From Octopus vulgaris (Eukaryota), in contig OX597821.1 of assembly GCA_951406725.2 (NCBI GenBank), positions 42,160,001-42,224,000 on the forward strand: 64,000 nt of DNA, in the 5' to 3' direction. The position numbers and the translations under genes were made by a program. Positions 1 through 13,808 of this stretch are shown piece by piece; position 1 is the stretch's first letter, and every line of letters begins with the position of its first letter. A model generated the notes under the pieces. That model was not told the DNA's origin, did no database searches, and worked only from the letters and a program-made list of their open reading frames with translations.

Positions 1-243
<243 letters not shown>

Positions 244-1939
244 ATTCAGTAGTTTTATTTTTAGAGCGTGCTTTCACTTCACTACCGAGCGCAGCTCTGT
301 GTGCCTTGGATATGTGCTGTGATTTGTTGTAATGCTCTGATGGTTATTGTATGGAAAGTGTTCTGCGTAGGTTGTGTGAAGTACCTAGTAGTGCAATTTT
401 CTGTATGTTATATGTGTTTGTAAGTCCTGGTGTTTTTGTTATGTATTTGTCTGAATATTTTTTATCATGCCTAATGCACCTACTATGATAGGAATTGTTT
501 CTGTTTTTAGATTCCACATTCTGGTTACCTCTATTTCCAGGTCTTTGTATTTTGAAAGTTTCTCCATTTCTTTTAGAGACACGTTGCCATCTGCTGGTAT
601 TGATACATCAATTAGAAAGCATTTTTTTTCTTCATGATCTCTGACAACTATATCTGGTCTGTTGGCCTTAATTTCTCTATCTGTGTGTATTGGCATATCC
701 CAGAGTATGGTTGCTTTCTCGTTTTTTTGTGACCTTTTCTGGTGTGTGCTTATACCATCTTTTTTCTGTTGTTATTCCATAATGTTGGCATAGCTTCCAG
801 TGTATGTAGGTCCCAACTCTGTCGTGTCTGTGAATATATACCTTCTTAGCCAGGACTGGGCAACCAGAGATAATATGATTTATTGTTTCTTGTCCATCTC
901 CACATATTCTGCAGCTACTTGTTATATTTCTTTTCATTACATGTTTTTGGTAATTTCTGGTGGGGAGGCTTTGGTCTTGTGCTGCAATTAAAAATCCCTC
1001 TGTCTCTGCTTTGAGTCCTGAGCTTCTCAACCATTGCTGGGATTTTTCTTTGTCTATTTCTTTTGCGTTTAGTTTAGTCCAGTATTTATCGTGGAGGGGT
1101 TTTTCTTGCCATCGTTTTATCATGGTTCTTTGCTGTTCTAGTTTTAGTTTGGATTTCATTTGTTTTATAGCTTTTGTTGTTTCTTCTTCTTCTTCTTCTT
1201 CTTCTTCTTCTTCTTCTTCTTCTTCTTCTTCTTCTTCTTCTTCTTCTTCTTCTTCTTCTTCTTCTTCTTCTTCTTCTTCATATTTGTTAGGTGGTATGAT
1301 TTCTTGTTTGTATTTGTCAGCTTCCTTAAATACTGAGAACAGTTTCTTGTTTTGCTCGTGTTTTGCCGCTATTTGTATCAGTTTTCCTTCCTTCTGAAGT
1401 AGATATTTTTGCAGTCCTATGGTGGTTATTTTATAGTAGTTTTCCAGCTGTATAAGGCCTCTACCACCTTCTATACGTTGTATATATAGTCTTTCTATGT
1501 CAGATTTTGGGTGATGCATCCTAGATCCTGTCATTATTTTTCTTGTTTTCCTATCTATTTTGGTCAGTTCATTTAGTGTCCAGTTAAGGATATTGTAGCT
1601 GTAACTTATAACTGGGACGGCTAAAGTGTTAATACCTATTATCTTGTTTTTAGCATTGAGCTCTGTTTTTAGTATTGATCTAACTCATCTATAATATTCT
1701 TTTTTTATTTTCTCTTTCATTTGTGTGTGTTGTGTCTTATCTAGTTCATGGATTCCTAAGTATTTGTAAGTTTGACTTTGGTCTAATTCTTTTATTTCAT
1801 TGGTTTTATCTAGTGTGATGTTTCTACTCTTAACTAGTTTTCCTCTTTTCAGGGTTACTTTGGCGCATTTTTCTAATCCAAATTTCATATCTATTTCTTT
1901 GGTAAATCCATGAACTGTCTTTAATAGTGTTTCCAGCTG

Positions 1940-1942
<3 letters not shown>
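244..1942 (-). mobile_element. 5'-truncated, frameshifted R4/Dong-clade non-LTR retrotransposon (RT C-terminal half, CCHC motif, REL endonuclease)
   Basis: Minus-strand peptides MKFGLEKCAK and YKYLGI (RT), CRICGDGQETINHIISGC (CCHC), RHDRV, NRPDIVV...IDVSIP...K..KYKDL and PIIVGALG (PD-(D/E)xK endonuclease). Stops or frameshifts near 1685, 700 and 440. Confidence 0.9.
1181..1279. repeat. (TTC/GAA)n tract inside the LINE ORF, in frame as poly-Glu
   Basis: ORF 677..1534(-) reads through a long Glu run. Confidence 0.9.
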
Positions 1943-2026
<84 letters not shown>

Positions 2027-2057
2027 GCTATTATTATTATTATTATTATTATTATTT

Positions 2058-2139
<82 letters not shown>

Positions 2140-2150
2140 CATTATTATCA
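1943..2150. repeat. Compound (TTA)n/(TTG)n microsatellite at the LINE 5' junction
   Basis: Seen directly. Confidence 0.95.
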
Positions 2151-2347
2151 TTACTACCTTGCGCGTGTAAGCGAAAGCAGGGTATTGTAATCACTCGTGT
2201 TTGTCTGTTTGCCTGTGTGTTTTCAAAATTACTAAAAAATGGCTGAACAGATTTTCACCAAATTTGGCAGAAATACTCATTTCTCGAAATGATGAAAATT
2301 TGGTTCGATTATCTTCAAACATACATAAACATATACATGGATATGTG

Positions 2348-2393
<46 letters not shown>

Positions 2394-2901
2394 CGTGCGT
2401 GCGCATGTGCGTATGTGTGTGTGTGTGTGTGTACAGTGATGGATTCGAGGGTTTTGTTTATTTACGAGTTGATTTCTTAATTCCACCAGAGTATAAATAC
2501 CTATAATGGTGAAGCACTTATCAAATTCTATGCAATATTTGTTATAAGTATTTCATTTTGTTCACTTTCTTTTTCATATGAATCGACCCTCATCTGCGTG
2601 TGTATAGATCATGGTGTACCTATGCGCGTAGGCATGTGAGCGTACATAATACATAGATATGCGACTCTGTGTGTGTGTGTGTGTGTGTGTTTGTACAATG
2701 ATGGATTCGAGGGTTTCGTTTATTTACAAGTTGATTTCTTAATTTCACCGGCGTATAAATACTTATAATGGTGATACTTAAAAAAAAGTTAATTCAGTTC
2801 AATTAAAAAACATGGGTAAGCAAGGTATTGTAAATCGCACTGAAATAACTTTATCTTCGCGCAGAGTATGCATCGCCCCTGCGATGCCATTTCTGCTTGT
2901 T
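2151..2901 (+). mobile_element. Non-autonomous Helentron/DINE-1-like element
   Basis: 5' subterminal taccttgcgcg (2155-2165) with a nearby partial inverted copy gcagggta, then a GTTT/GTCT microsatellite. Internal tandem duplication (about 2345-2512 vs 2660-2775). 3' inverted copy cgcgcagagta (2858-2868), then hairpin gcatcgc-ccct-gcgatgc (2870-2887) and a T-rich flank. Confidence 0.65.
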
Positions 2902-2983
2902 GTTTTTTTGTTTTTTTGTCTTTTTTTAGTGCCTTTCCTCAAAATTTCAGGCCTTGTGTCTATAGAAGAATTATTATTACTGA

Positions 2984-4002
<1,019 letters not shown>

Positions 4003-4157
4003 AGGGTTGATGGAGATTACTTACGTTTCTGTTGTTTCCGGATATTTTTCTCTCTGAAGTATTTACTGCAGGGTTTTAGAAAAATAGGAGGGGATTGGGG
4101 GTGAATGATGGGAGCGAGGTATCTTCACAAGTTATCATCGTTGTTACTACTTAACTG

Positions 4158-4181
4158 ACAACAACAACAACAACAACGATG

Positions 4182-4218
<37 letters not shown>

Positions 4219-4502
4219 CAACAACAACAACAACAACAAAAATAATAATGATAATAATAATGATAATAATAATGATAGTAATAATAATAATAATGATAAT
4301 AATAATAATAATAATGATAATAATAATAATAATAATAATAACAACAACAACAACAACAAAAATAATAATGATAATAATAATGATAATAATAATGATAATA
4401 ATAATGATAATAATGATGATAATAATAATAATAATAATAATAACAACAACAACAACAACAACAACAAAAATAATAATGATAATAATAATGATAATAATAA
4501 TG

Positions 4503-4562
<60 letters not shown>
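4158..4562. repeat. Compound AAT/AAC trinucleotide array with about 3 higher-order units
   Basis: The unit (aac)n-aaa-ataataatgat recurs at about 4215, 4340 and 4443. Confidence 0.85.
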
Positions 4563-4564
<2 letters not shown>

Positions 4565-5451
4565 GTTAATTTTGTTATTAGCCATTGGGAGCTATTGCAT
4601 ACACTTTCTGTTGAAGAACATGAAACGTAAAACATAGGATTATAGAAAGGCGAACGGGATGAAGGAAAGAAATGGCATAGAAACGAATGGAAGAAGTGAA
4701 GAACGTTTTAAAATAAATGAATAAGGAAAGGAATTTTAAATTTTATGGAAAATAGGGAATAAAAATCGTTTTTGTATTTGGTTTGCGAGATTATTGAAAT
4801 GAACTAGTGCATTGAAATACATTTTGTTGTGTCTCGGGAGGGTCGTTTATATCAATAATAAACACACGCACCCGTTTTATTTCATTTCTTTGATTTTATT
4901 TATCAAGTGGTTAACCATTTAATCAATGAACTAATTGGTTGTTTGATTAGTATTTTTGATCAATCAATCAGTTTAATTTGTCAAAGTCCTTTCGTCGCCA
5001 TTCGAGACCTCATCAATGATATGCCATCTCTACTCCTAAGTTTATCTGTCTCCTAATTTACAGATTCTACACTTCATAGAGATAATTACTCAGAATAAAA
5101 TACAATAAAAGAATAAAAGAAAATAGAGGAAAACTGAAAACAAGATAAATAGAATTTGAAAGTTCCTCTTGTGTTAATCATGCAATCGCACAGCCTTGTT
5201 TATGCCCTCTCTGTACACAACCTCTTCCATTTTATCAATGTATTGGTTGGTGCTGGTGAATCTAGAATATTCTGTGAGGAGTTCTTGGCTCAGAATCGGC
5301 AAGTAAGGGCAAGTATGCCTTGCCGTTGATCGACTTGTAAATATACTTTAAGGTGCAGCTGTGGCTGTTGGATACGAAATTTGTTTCCCAGCCACATAGT
5401 TCCGATGCGTGGGGCAGCTTGGGCAAGTGTCTTTTTTAAAAAAATTTTTAT

Positions 5452-5825
5452 AGTTTTAGCTCAGAGCTGTGGCCATGCTGGAGTACCGCCGCTTTGCTAC
5501 ACTGTTATTACTGAGATCCTCCACTAATATGTGGCATTTGGTGTAGTATGGAGTTTGATGTAGCTAGCCTCATTTGCACTTGTTGCCGTGAAGTAGGTTC
5601 GCCTGAGACCCTCGACAGGAAGAGGTCCAGCCTTGACTTTAAAACGCCTACATCTACTTTGTGCAGGTTCCTCAGGCTCTTTGGGAGAATATTAAAAAGC
5701 TGTGGGCTCCTGAAACCCAGGCTGTTGCAATAACTGGTCCTGAAGCGCGAGGGCATTACTGGGATCTTTGGCACTGTGCAGTGTTGACCCGTTCTGGTAT
5801 TGGTGTAGACAAGTGGTATTTCGTT
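5452..5825 (-). mobile_element. 3' end of a CR1-like LINE (ORF2 C-terminus plus 3' UTR)
   Basis: ORF 5508..5774 reads NSLGFRSPQLFNILPKSLRN...KSRLDLFLSRVSGEP, the usual CR1-group ORF2 terminus. A short 3' UTR with a stem-loop follows. Confidence 0.8.
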
Positions 5826-5861
5826 ATATGCAATTATAATATATTATAATGTATATTTGGG

Positions 5862-5910
<49 letters not shown>

Positions 5911-6113
5911 AAAGTCTATGAGAATTAATACAGTTTTTGAAGTGTACAGGTGATGTTTTCTTTAACTATTTTTTAAAAAATGTAATGAAATATATTACGA
6001 GGATGTTACTAACCTTTTTTGGTAAGAAAGTTTCTTCAAGTGTGTGAGCGCTTTCGTTCAACCTTTTCAAATACACACACGCACACACATACACACACAT
6101 ATACATACATACA

Positions 6114-6594
<481 letters not shown>

Positions 6595-6610
6595 TATATA
6601 TATATACAAA

Positions 6611-6841
6611 GGCGGCGAGCTGGCAGAAACGTTAGCACGCCGGGAGAAATGCGTAGCCGTATTTCGTCTGGCGTTACGTTCTGGGTTCAAATTTCGCCGA
6701 GGTCGACTTTGCCTTTCATCCTTTCGGGGTCGATAAATTAAGTACCAGTTGCACACTGGAGTCGATATAATTGACTTAATCCGTTTATCAGTCCTTGTTT
6801 GTCCCCTCTGTGTTTAGCCCCTTGTGGGTAGTAAAGAAATA
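6611..6841 (+). mobile_element. tRNA-derived SINE, family B (full length)
   Basis: Head ggcggcgagctggcagaa, B-box ggttcaaat, core gcctttcatcctttcggggtcgataaat, tail gccccttgtgggtagtaaagaaata. Many further copies in the window. Confidence 0.85.
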
Positions 6842-6867
6842 TATATATATATATATATATATATACA

Positions 6868-7764
6868 CGAGGGTGATCCCAAAAGTAAGTTCTCCAAAGC
6901 ACTGGAGAAGCGGGGAAACTGTGCGTGAGGCTTTTGGCAACACTGTTGTATTTGTTGCGCATGCCCCTGCGCCTGTCCCTACGCGCGCCTCTCAGTCTTG
7001 GCTCAGTCTTGGCTTTGCAGTCGTATCTGATGGAGATCCTAATTGACGCTACCGCCACTTGTGAAGTTCGCAGTTATTCGGGTTTTGAACGCAAAAGAAA
7101 TTAAACCGATTGAAATTCATCGCCAATTAACAGAAGTGTATGGCGAGTCGTGCATGGATGTCAAAAATGTCCGCAAGTGGTGTGATGAGTTTTCAGATGG
7201 TCGTACTGAAATCCATGACGAAGAAAGAAGCGGGTGACCATCAATTTCCGACGAGACAGTCACGAAGGTTGAGCAAATCCTGCGTGAAAATCGGCGGATC
7301 ACTCTGGATGATCTCCGCATTTTGGTTCCTGAGGTTTTCCGACGCACCATCCATAGGGTTTTGAGGGAAAAGTTGCAATATCGGAAGGTGTGCGCAAGAT
7401 GGGTCCCACGAAAATGCTCACAGAAGATCATAAATGGTAATCCACCTTATAGTCCGGACTTGGCACCCAGTGACTACCACCTGTTCCCTAAGTTCAAAGG
7501 ACATTTGGCCGGAACGTGCTTCAGCAACGACGACAAGGTGAAAGATGGGATTCAACGCTTCGTCAACGAAAATGGCGGTGAGCTGGTACGATATGTGCAT
7601 ACAAAAACTGCCCCAGCACCTACAAAAATGCATCGACCGAAATGGCGATTATGTAGAAAAACAGATGAATGTTTAAACTTTAAAATGACGTAAACATCAT
7701 TGACAATAAACGTTGCTGCGATTTCTAGATATTTTTGGAGACCTTACTTTTAGGATTACCTTCG
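6868..7764 (+). mobile_element. Internally deleted mariner transposon with both TIRs
   Basis: TIRs cgagggtgatcccaaaagtaagttctcc and ggagaccttacttttaggattaccttcg, followed by TA. Peptides EIHRQLTEVYG..VRKW, RSG, RKVCARWVPR and PPYSPDLAPSDYHLF. Confidence 0.92.
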
Positions 7765-8290
7765 TATGTATACATATACATACATACATACATACATACA
7801 TACATACATACATACATACATACATACATGTATGTATGTATGTATGTATGTATGACTGTGTGTGTGTGACACAAGTATTTAAGTATTTTACGTAATACAT
7901 CTTCACCACCAACACGAGATAAATCTTTGTAACCGAAGAACTTGAAAGCCTTAAAGATGTCATAAGTTAATTTAATTGTTTCGTGATTTTAAATATTTCG
8001 TAATTAAGAGAATTTTATTTCAGAATTACTTTTAAAAAGTCACTTCTTGGAGTCCATTATTGGTTTGGAATATTTTTGTTGTCTTCTTTTATTTGTCGAT
8101 CATTAAGTCTATTTGGGGATTCGAGTTATTGTTGTTGTTATTGTTGTTGTTGTTGTTGTTGTTGTTACTCGTTCTCGTTGTTGTTATCGTCTTAGTCGTT
8201 GAATGGCTCAATCGAGGGGTTCAGACTCATTGCTATCTTGTAGCAGTTGGGTGAACGGATTACATTTTCGACTTTTTGCCTAATTAACGA

Positions 8291-8450
8291 TGGCGGAGAG
8301 CTGGTAGAATCCGTAAGCATGTCGGCCAAAATGCAAAGCGGCATTTTTTTTCTGGTTCTTTACATTCAGATCCTACTGAGGTCAACTTTGGCTTCCATTC
8401 CTTCCATGTCGATAAAATAAAGTGCCATTCATATACTGGACTCGATGAAA
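8291..8450 (+). mobile_element. Diverged SINE family B copy
   Basis: ggcggagagctggtagaa...gaggtcaactttggcttccattccttccatgtcgataaaataaag. Confidence 0.7.
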
Positions 8451-8533
8451 TTAATTAATGCCCTTGGAGGAAGAGGGCAGGGAGGGAGAAAGGAGGGGAA
8501 GGAGGAAGAAAACCAGGAAGAAAGGGAAGGAGG

Positions 8534-8614
<81 letters not shown>

Positions 8615-9136
8615 GGAGGGATTAATACAAGAACAAAGGTGTCCTCAAACCGGATATTCTGGACCGAATGCTTGCAACAGAGTGGACCCCGTTTAAGGTA
8701 CCCGATGGTGTTATTAAACTGGGTAGCAGGTTAAGTCTACCACCCAAATAGGTCCCGGTGTGAATTGAACTCAGAGCTCAAAGAGCTGGAACAAATACCA
8801 CAACGCATCCCATGCCACACTCACGACCCTGCCAATCCCTACACCCTGGAATGGTACTTCATTTATCGACCACGGAGGGAAGAAAGGCGAAGTTGATATT
8901 GGCAGGGTCTGAAATAGAACGCAAGAAACCGGAATAAATAACACTATGTGTTTCGTCCGACGCTCTAACGACCCGACCAATATATCCAATGTAGGGAAAG
9001 CGCCTTGCGGTATTTGTTCCGATTCAATTCGTTTTAAGTTCAAATTCTGTTCACCTTCCATCCCCTCCGGGGGCGATAAAATAAAGAACCATCAAGTACT
9101 GGAGTTCATGGTCCTCTCCTCAAAAATTACTGGTCT

Positions 9137-9425
9137 TTCTACATAATCGCCATTTCAGTCGATGCATTTTTGTAGGTGCTGGGGCAGTTTTTATATGCAC
9201 ATGTCATACCAGCTCACCGCCATATTCTTTGAGGAAGCGTTGAATCTCATCTTTCGCCTCATCATCGTTGCTGAAGCGCGTTCCGGCCAAATGTTCTTTG
9301 AATTTAAGGAACAGGAGGTAGTCACTGGGTGCCAAGTCTGGACTGTAAGGTGGATTGCTGTTTGTCGTCTTCTGTGAAGCATTCGTGGGACCTATCTTGC
9401 GCAGACCTTCCGATATTGCAACTTT
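9137..9425 (-). mobile_element. Mariner fragment carrying the same deletion as 6868-7764
   Basis: NPPYSPDLAPSDYLLF...FSNDDEAKDEIQRF. Colinear with 7370-7657 in reverse orientation. Confidence 0.9.
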
Positions 9426-9999
9426 GTGCTTAAAATTAGAAACCACAACCACAAATTAGAAACTAACAACAAATGACGAAATGTAAAGCTGACTGGTGGG
9501 GTTGGGCGGACATCTGAGTGTTATTTTGTGAATTGTGAACATAAATTTCCAACGGAAACACAATCACCAACAACAACACCAACAACAACAACAACAACAA
9601 CAAAGCGACAGCAGTAGCAAAAATGTATGCGTAACTCAGTAATAAAGTTTTAGTGAGTGGGCAGCACCAAACTGGAGAAACCATCGACATTATGATTCTA
9701 GTATCGCGTTAGCATTTAGAAGGTTAGTCGCGTTGTTTGCTTCTTTACCAAGAATTGACCAGTTCCACAGAGTGGATTAAATCAAGTGGAAGATTTTTCA
9801 CTTTATTAACATTACTGATATTGTTGGAAAGAGCAAGAGGCGTATAAGTATGTACTTCTCTTCCTACCACGGGAAAACTTAACGACAATCGTTATGTTGA
9901 GTTCATAAAAGACAATTTGGTGGTTTCAGACTAACCTTTCAGAATTGAGCAACAACGCCTTGGAAAGTTGAGTTGCTTGGTTGGACATGTTATATAATA

Positions 10000-10357
10000 G
10001 GTGTAGGAGTGGGTGTGTGGTAAGTAGCTTGCCTAACGAACCACATGGTTGCGGGTTCAGTCCCACTGCGTGGTACCTTGGGCAAGTGTCTTCTACTATA
10101 GCCTCGGGCCGACCAAAGCCTGGTCAGTGGATTTGGTAGACGGAAACTAAAGGAAGCCCGTCGTATATGTGTGTGTATGTATGTGTATGTGTGTGTTTGT
10201 GTTTGTCCACCCAACATCGCTTATGTCCCCCGTAACTTAGCGGTTCGGCAAATGAGACCGATAGAATAAGTGCTAGACATACAAAGAATAAGTCCTTGCT
10301 CGACTAAAGGCAGTGCTCCAGCATGGCCACAGTCAAATGACTAAAACAAGTAAAAGG
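10000..10357 (+). mobile_element. tRNA-derived CORE-like SINE, family A
   Basis: Head ggagtgg(c)tgtgtggtaag, B-box ggttcagtccc, CORE-like accttgggcaagtgtc, internal TG microsatellite, tail gctccagcatggccacagtcaaatgact. Confidence 0.85.
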
Positions 10358-10496
10358 GGGTAAAAAGGGTATCTGTCATATGTATGTATGTATGTATGTA
10401 TGTATATATGTATGTATGTATGTATGCATGCATGTATGTATGCATGTATGCATGAATGCATGCATGTATGTATATGTTAATGTGTACATACATACA

Positions 10497-10536
<40 letters not shown>

Positions 10537-10914
10537 GAGGCGCAATGGCCCAGTGGTCAGGGTAGCGGACTCGCGGATTCTAGAGACGTGCTATAACAAA
10601 AGCTGAGGGGAATTTCTGAAGGTCCATGCTATTGCTACATAGTCATTGAACCTACATTAGGTTCGTCAGTATCTTTGACAGGTCTTGTTTTTAGTCCTGC
10701 TGGGTTTTTATCAATCCTCCTCACCAGGCAAGTTTAGAGCAGGCGCTGGTCTAGTCGCCGATGACTCGACTATACAACAGGTTGTACTGTACACGTGAGA
10801 GATCTCACAAGAGACCTGACGCAACTTAAAGCCACACAGTCGACACATTTTTTGAAAATACTACTCTTGTATCACATGAAGGATACTAAATTCAATCTTA
10901 CCAAAACGCTAGAA

Positions 10915-11245
10915 TTATTTCTTTATTTCTTTACTGCCCACAAGGGGCTACACACAGAGAGGACAAACAAGGACAGACAAACGGATTAAGTCGATTATAT
11001 CTGGTACTTAATCTATGGACCCCGAAAGGATGAAAGGCAAAGTCGACCTCGACGGAATTTGAACTCAGAACGTAGCGGCAGACGAAATACCCATAACTTA
11101 GCGGTTCGGCAAAAGAGACCGATAGGATAAGTACTAGGCTTACAAAGAATAAGTCCAGGGGTCGATTTGCACGACTAAAGGCGGTGCTCCAGCATGGCCA
11201 CAGTCAAATGACTGAAACAAGTAAAAAAAGTAAAAGAGTAAAGAG
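10915..11245. mobile_element. SINE B (minus, 10915-11091) joined to the 3' half of SINE A (plus, 11092-11245)
   Basis: Direct similarity to other copies in the window. Confidence 0.8.
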
Positions 11246-11322
11246 TATAAATCCATCCATCCATCCATCCATCCATCCATACATACATACATACATACAT
11301 ACATAGGTTCGAAATTTCCCCA

Positions 11323-11369
11323 AGACACCTGATGAAGGCTGGAGAGTACATCAGCCGAAACGTTGTGTT
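11323..11369 (+). ncRNA. Minimal type-I hammerhead ribozyme in a Penelope pLTR-like remnant (about 11305-11415)
   Basis: gacac CTGATGA a ggctg-gagagtacat-cagcc GAAA cgtt gtgtt: intact core boxes, 5-bp stem II, palindromic aacgtt stem III, stem I gacac/gtgtt. Confidence 0.75.
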
Positions 11370-11562
11370 AGCAACAAACAAGATGAGGACAAATATCTGT
11401 CAAATGTAAATAATGGAAATAATGCCCTATTGCTGCTGCTGAAATTCCAATTCAACGTTAGAAACCGGCTCTTTCTCTATTGGCAAGAAATCTTTTAATA
11501 AAACTGAATAATGACATACATACGTACATACATGTGTATATATGTAATGTTTATATATACAT

Positions 11563-11714
11563 AGGCGTAGGAGTGGCTGTGTAGTAAGTAGCTTGCTTAA
11601 CAACCACATGGTTCCGAGTTCAGTCCCACTGCGTGGAACCTTTGGCATGTGTCTTCTACTATAGCCTTGTGAGTGAATTTGGTTGACGGAAACTGAAAGA
11701 AGCCCGTCGTATAT

Positions 11715-11790
<76 letters not shown>

Positions 11791-11980
11791 CAGCATCGCT
11801 TGACAACCGATGCTGGCGTGCCTTTGTCCCCCGTAGCCTAGCGGTTCGGCAAAACAGACCGATAGAATAAATACTAGGCTTACAAAGAATAATTCCTGGG
11901 GGCGATTTGCTCGACTAAAAGGCGGTGCTCTAGCATGGCCACAGTCAAATGACTGAAACTAGTAAAAGAGTAAAAGAGTA
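11563..11980 (+). mobile_element. SINE family A (full length)
   Basis: Same head, core and tail as the 10000 copy. Ends in gtaaaaga repeats. Confidence 0.88.
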
Positions 11981-12349
11981 CACATATAGTATACATTATA
12001 TGTATAAATATGTGTGTGTGTGTGCGTTTGTGGGTTCAACGCCACATGCATATAAAAGGAGTTTTTATTAACATTTTAGTATTTGGTTCTCCTCATAATA
12101 TAATTGTTTCGCAATTATATTAGCAGAATTATGTTTACTTCAATAAATCTTTAGAAAGAGTTCTTCTTCCAAGTCTCCAGTTGACATTTCCTCCATTAAT
12201 GCATGAATTCACGTCTATTTTAGTAATGTTGCGTGATAACTGATTTCATGGTGGCCGAACAGAAGGAAAGAACAATATATATCAGCGCGCATGCGTGTGT
12301 GCGCGCGAGTGTGTGTGGGCGTATTCTGTATATGCCATATATACATATG

Positions 12350-12650
12350 CGGAGGTGCAATGACCTCAGCAGTTAAGGCAGCAAACTCCCGGTCATAGGA
12401 TCGCGGTTTCGATTCCCAGACCGGGCGTTGTGAGTGTTTATTGAGCGAAAATACCTAAAGCTCCACGTGGCTTCGGCAGTGAAGGTGGGGTGGGGACGAC
12501 GAACCCTGCTATACTCTTTCACCACAACTTTTTCTCACTCTTTCTTCCTGTTTCTCCTTGTACCTGTATTTCAAAGAGCCAGCCTTGTCACACTCTGTGT
12601 CACGCTGAATCTCCCCTAGAACTACGTTAAGGGTGCACATGTCTGTGGAG
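12350..12650 (+). mobile_element. tRNA-derived SINE, family C (tail type 1, truncated)
   Basis: ggaggtgcaatgacc...ggtttcgattcccagaccgggcg...cacgctgaatctccc. Matches the 42903 copy. Confidence 0.8.
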
Positions 12651-12830
12651 TATGTATGTATGTATGTATGTATGTATGTATGTATGTATGTATGTATGTA
12701 TGTATGTATGTATGTATGTATGTATGTATGTATGTATGTATGTATGTATTCAGGTATGTATGTATGTATGTATGTATGTATGTGTGTATGTATGTATGTA
12801 TGTATGTATGTATGTATGTATGCAGGTATG

Positions 12831-12864
<34 letters not shown>

Positions 12865-12952
12865 TGTATGTATGTATGTATGTATGTATGTATGTATGTA
12901 TGTATGTATGTATGTATGCAGGTATGTATATGCATGCATGTATGTATGTTTG

Positions 12953-12986
<34 letters not shown>

Positions 12987-13030
12987 TGTATGTATGTATG
13001 CATGCAGGTATGTATGTATGTATGTATGTA
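12650..13030. repeat. (TATG)n microsatellite
   Basis: Seen directly. Confidence 0.95.
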
Positions 13031-13285
13031 CGATATAAATGTGTATATGGTTATGTATGTGTTTAGCCCCGAAAGGCTCTGAAACGGTGTGTCCTAGAGA
13101 AAAACGCGTTAGGTTTTCGAAGTCTGCACCCCAAAGAGAAGATTTTTTCGTAAATAATAATAAAAAATATAAAATATATATCATTTGTTACGAGAAAAAA
13201 CTCAACTTTTAAATCGACAAATCTTCCACTCTCTCTCCGACACCCAGGTTCTCTCTTTTATGCCTTCCTTCTCTATATATATTTA

Positions 13286-13355
<70 letters not shown>

Positions 13356-13808
13356 ACTCACTCTCTGTATATGTATTATCTCTCATGTATGGTGCTTCCC
13401 TACCACCGCACTCTCTTCGTATAACATGCAATTGCTTTCATCTTGTGTAACATTTCGTCTTCTAATTTTTACTTTCATTTTTCTTAAGAAATGAGTAGTG
13501 AAGTGAAGAGAACCAGGCAAGTTGAGAATGAGATGGAGGGAAAATATGAGGTGAATGGGGAATTGAGGTCTAAAAATAGTTAAATAAAGTAAGACGAGGT
13601 GTATGAGTAAATGAGAAAACGTTTATTTAATCTTATCGTTTCTCTCCTTCCATATTTTCCCTGAAAACGGACACAATCCGAAACGTTGAATATTCCACTG
13701 CTCGCGGCAAGTTCACTGTCCTCTTTTACAGCATAATATATTTTTGCAATATGATATAAGTCTTGCCGATGCAGACCAACACTAGCCTCTCTGATGTCTG
13801 TTTGATCA

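Noticed and set aside
10536-10580. tRNA-like sequence ggaggcgcaatggcccagtggtcagggtagcggactcgcgg
   Set aside because: A truncated SINE C head. None of the tRNA-like heads in the window completes a cloverleaf.
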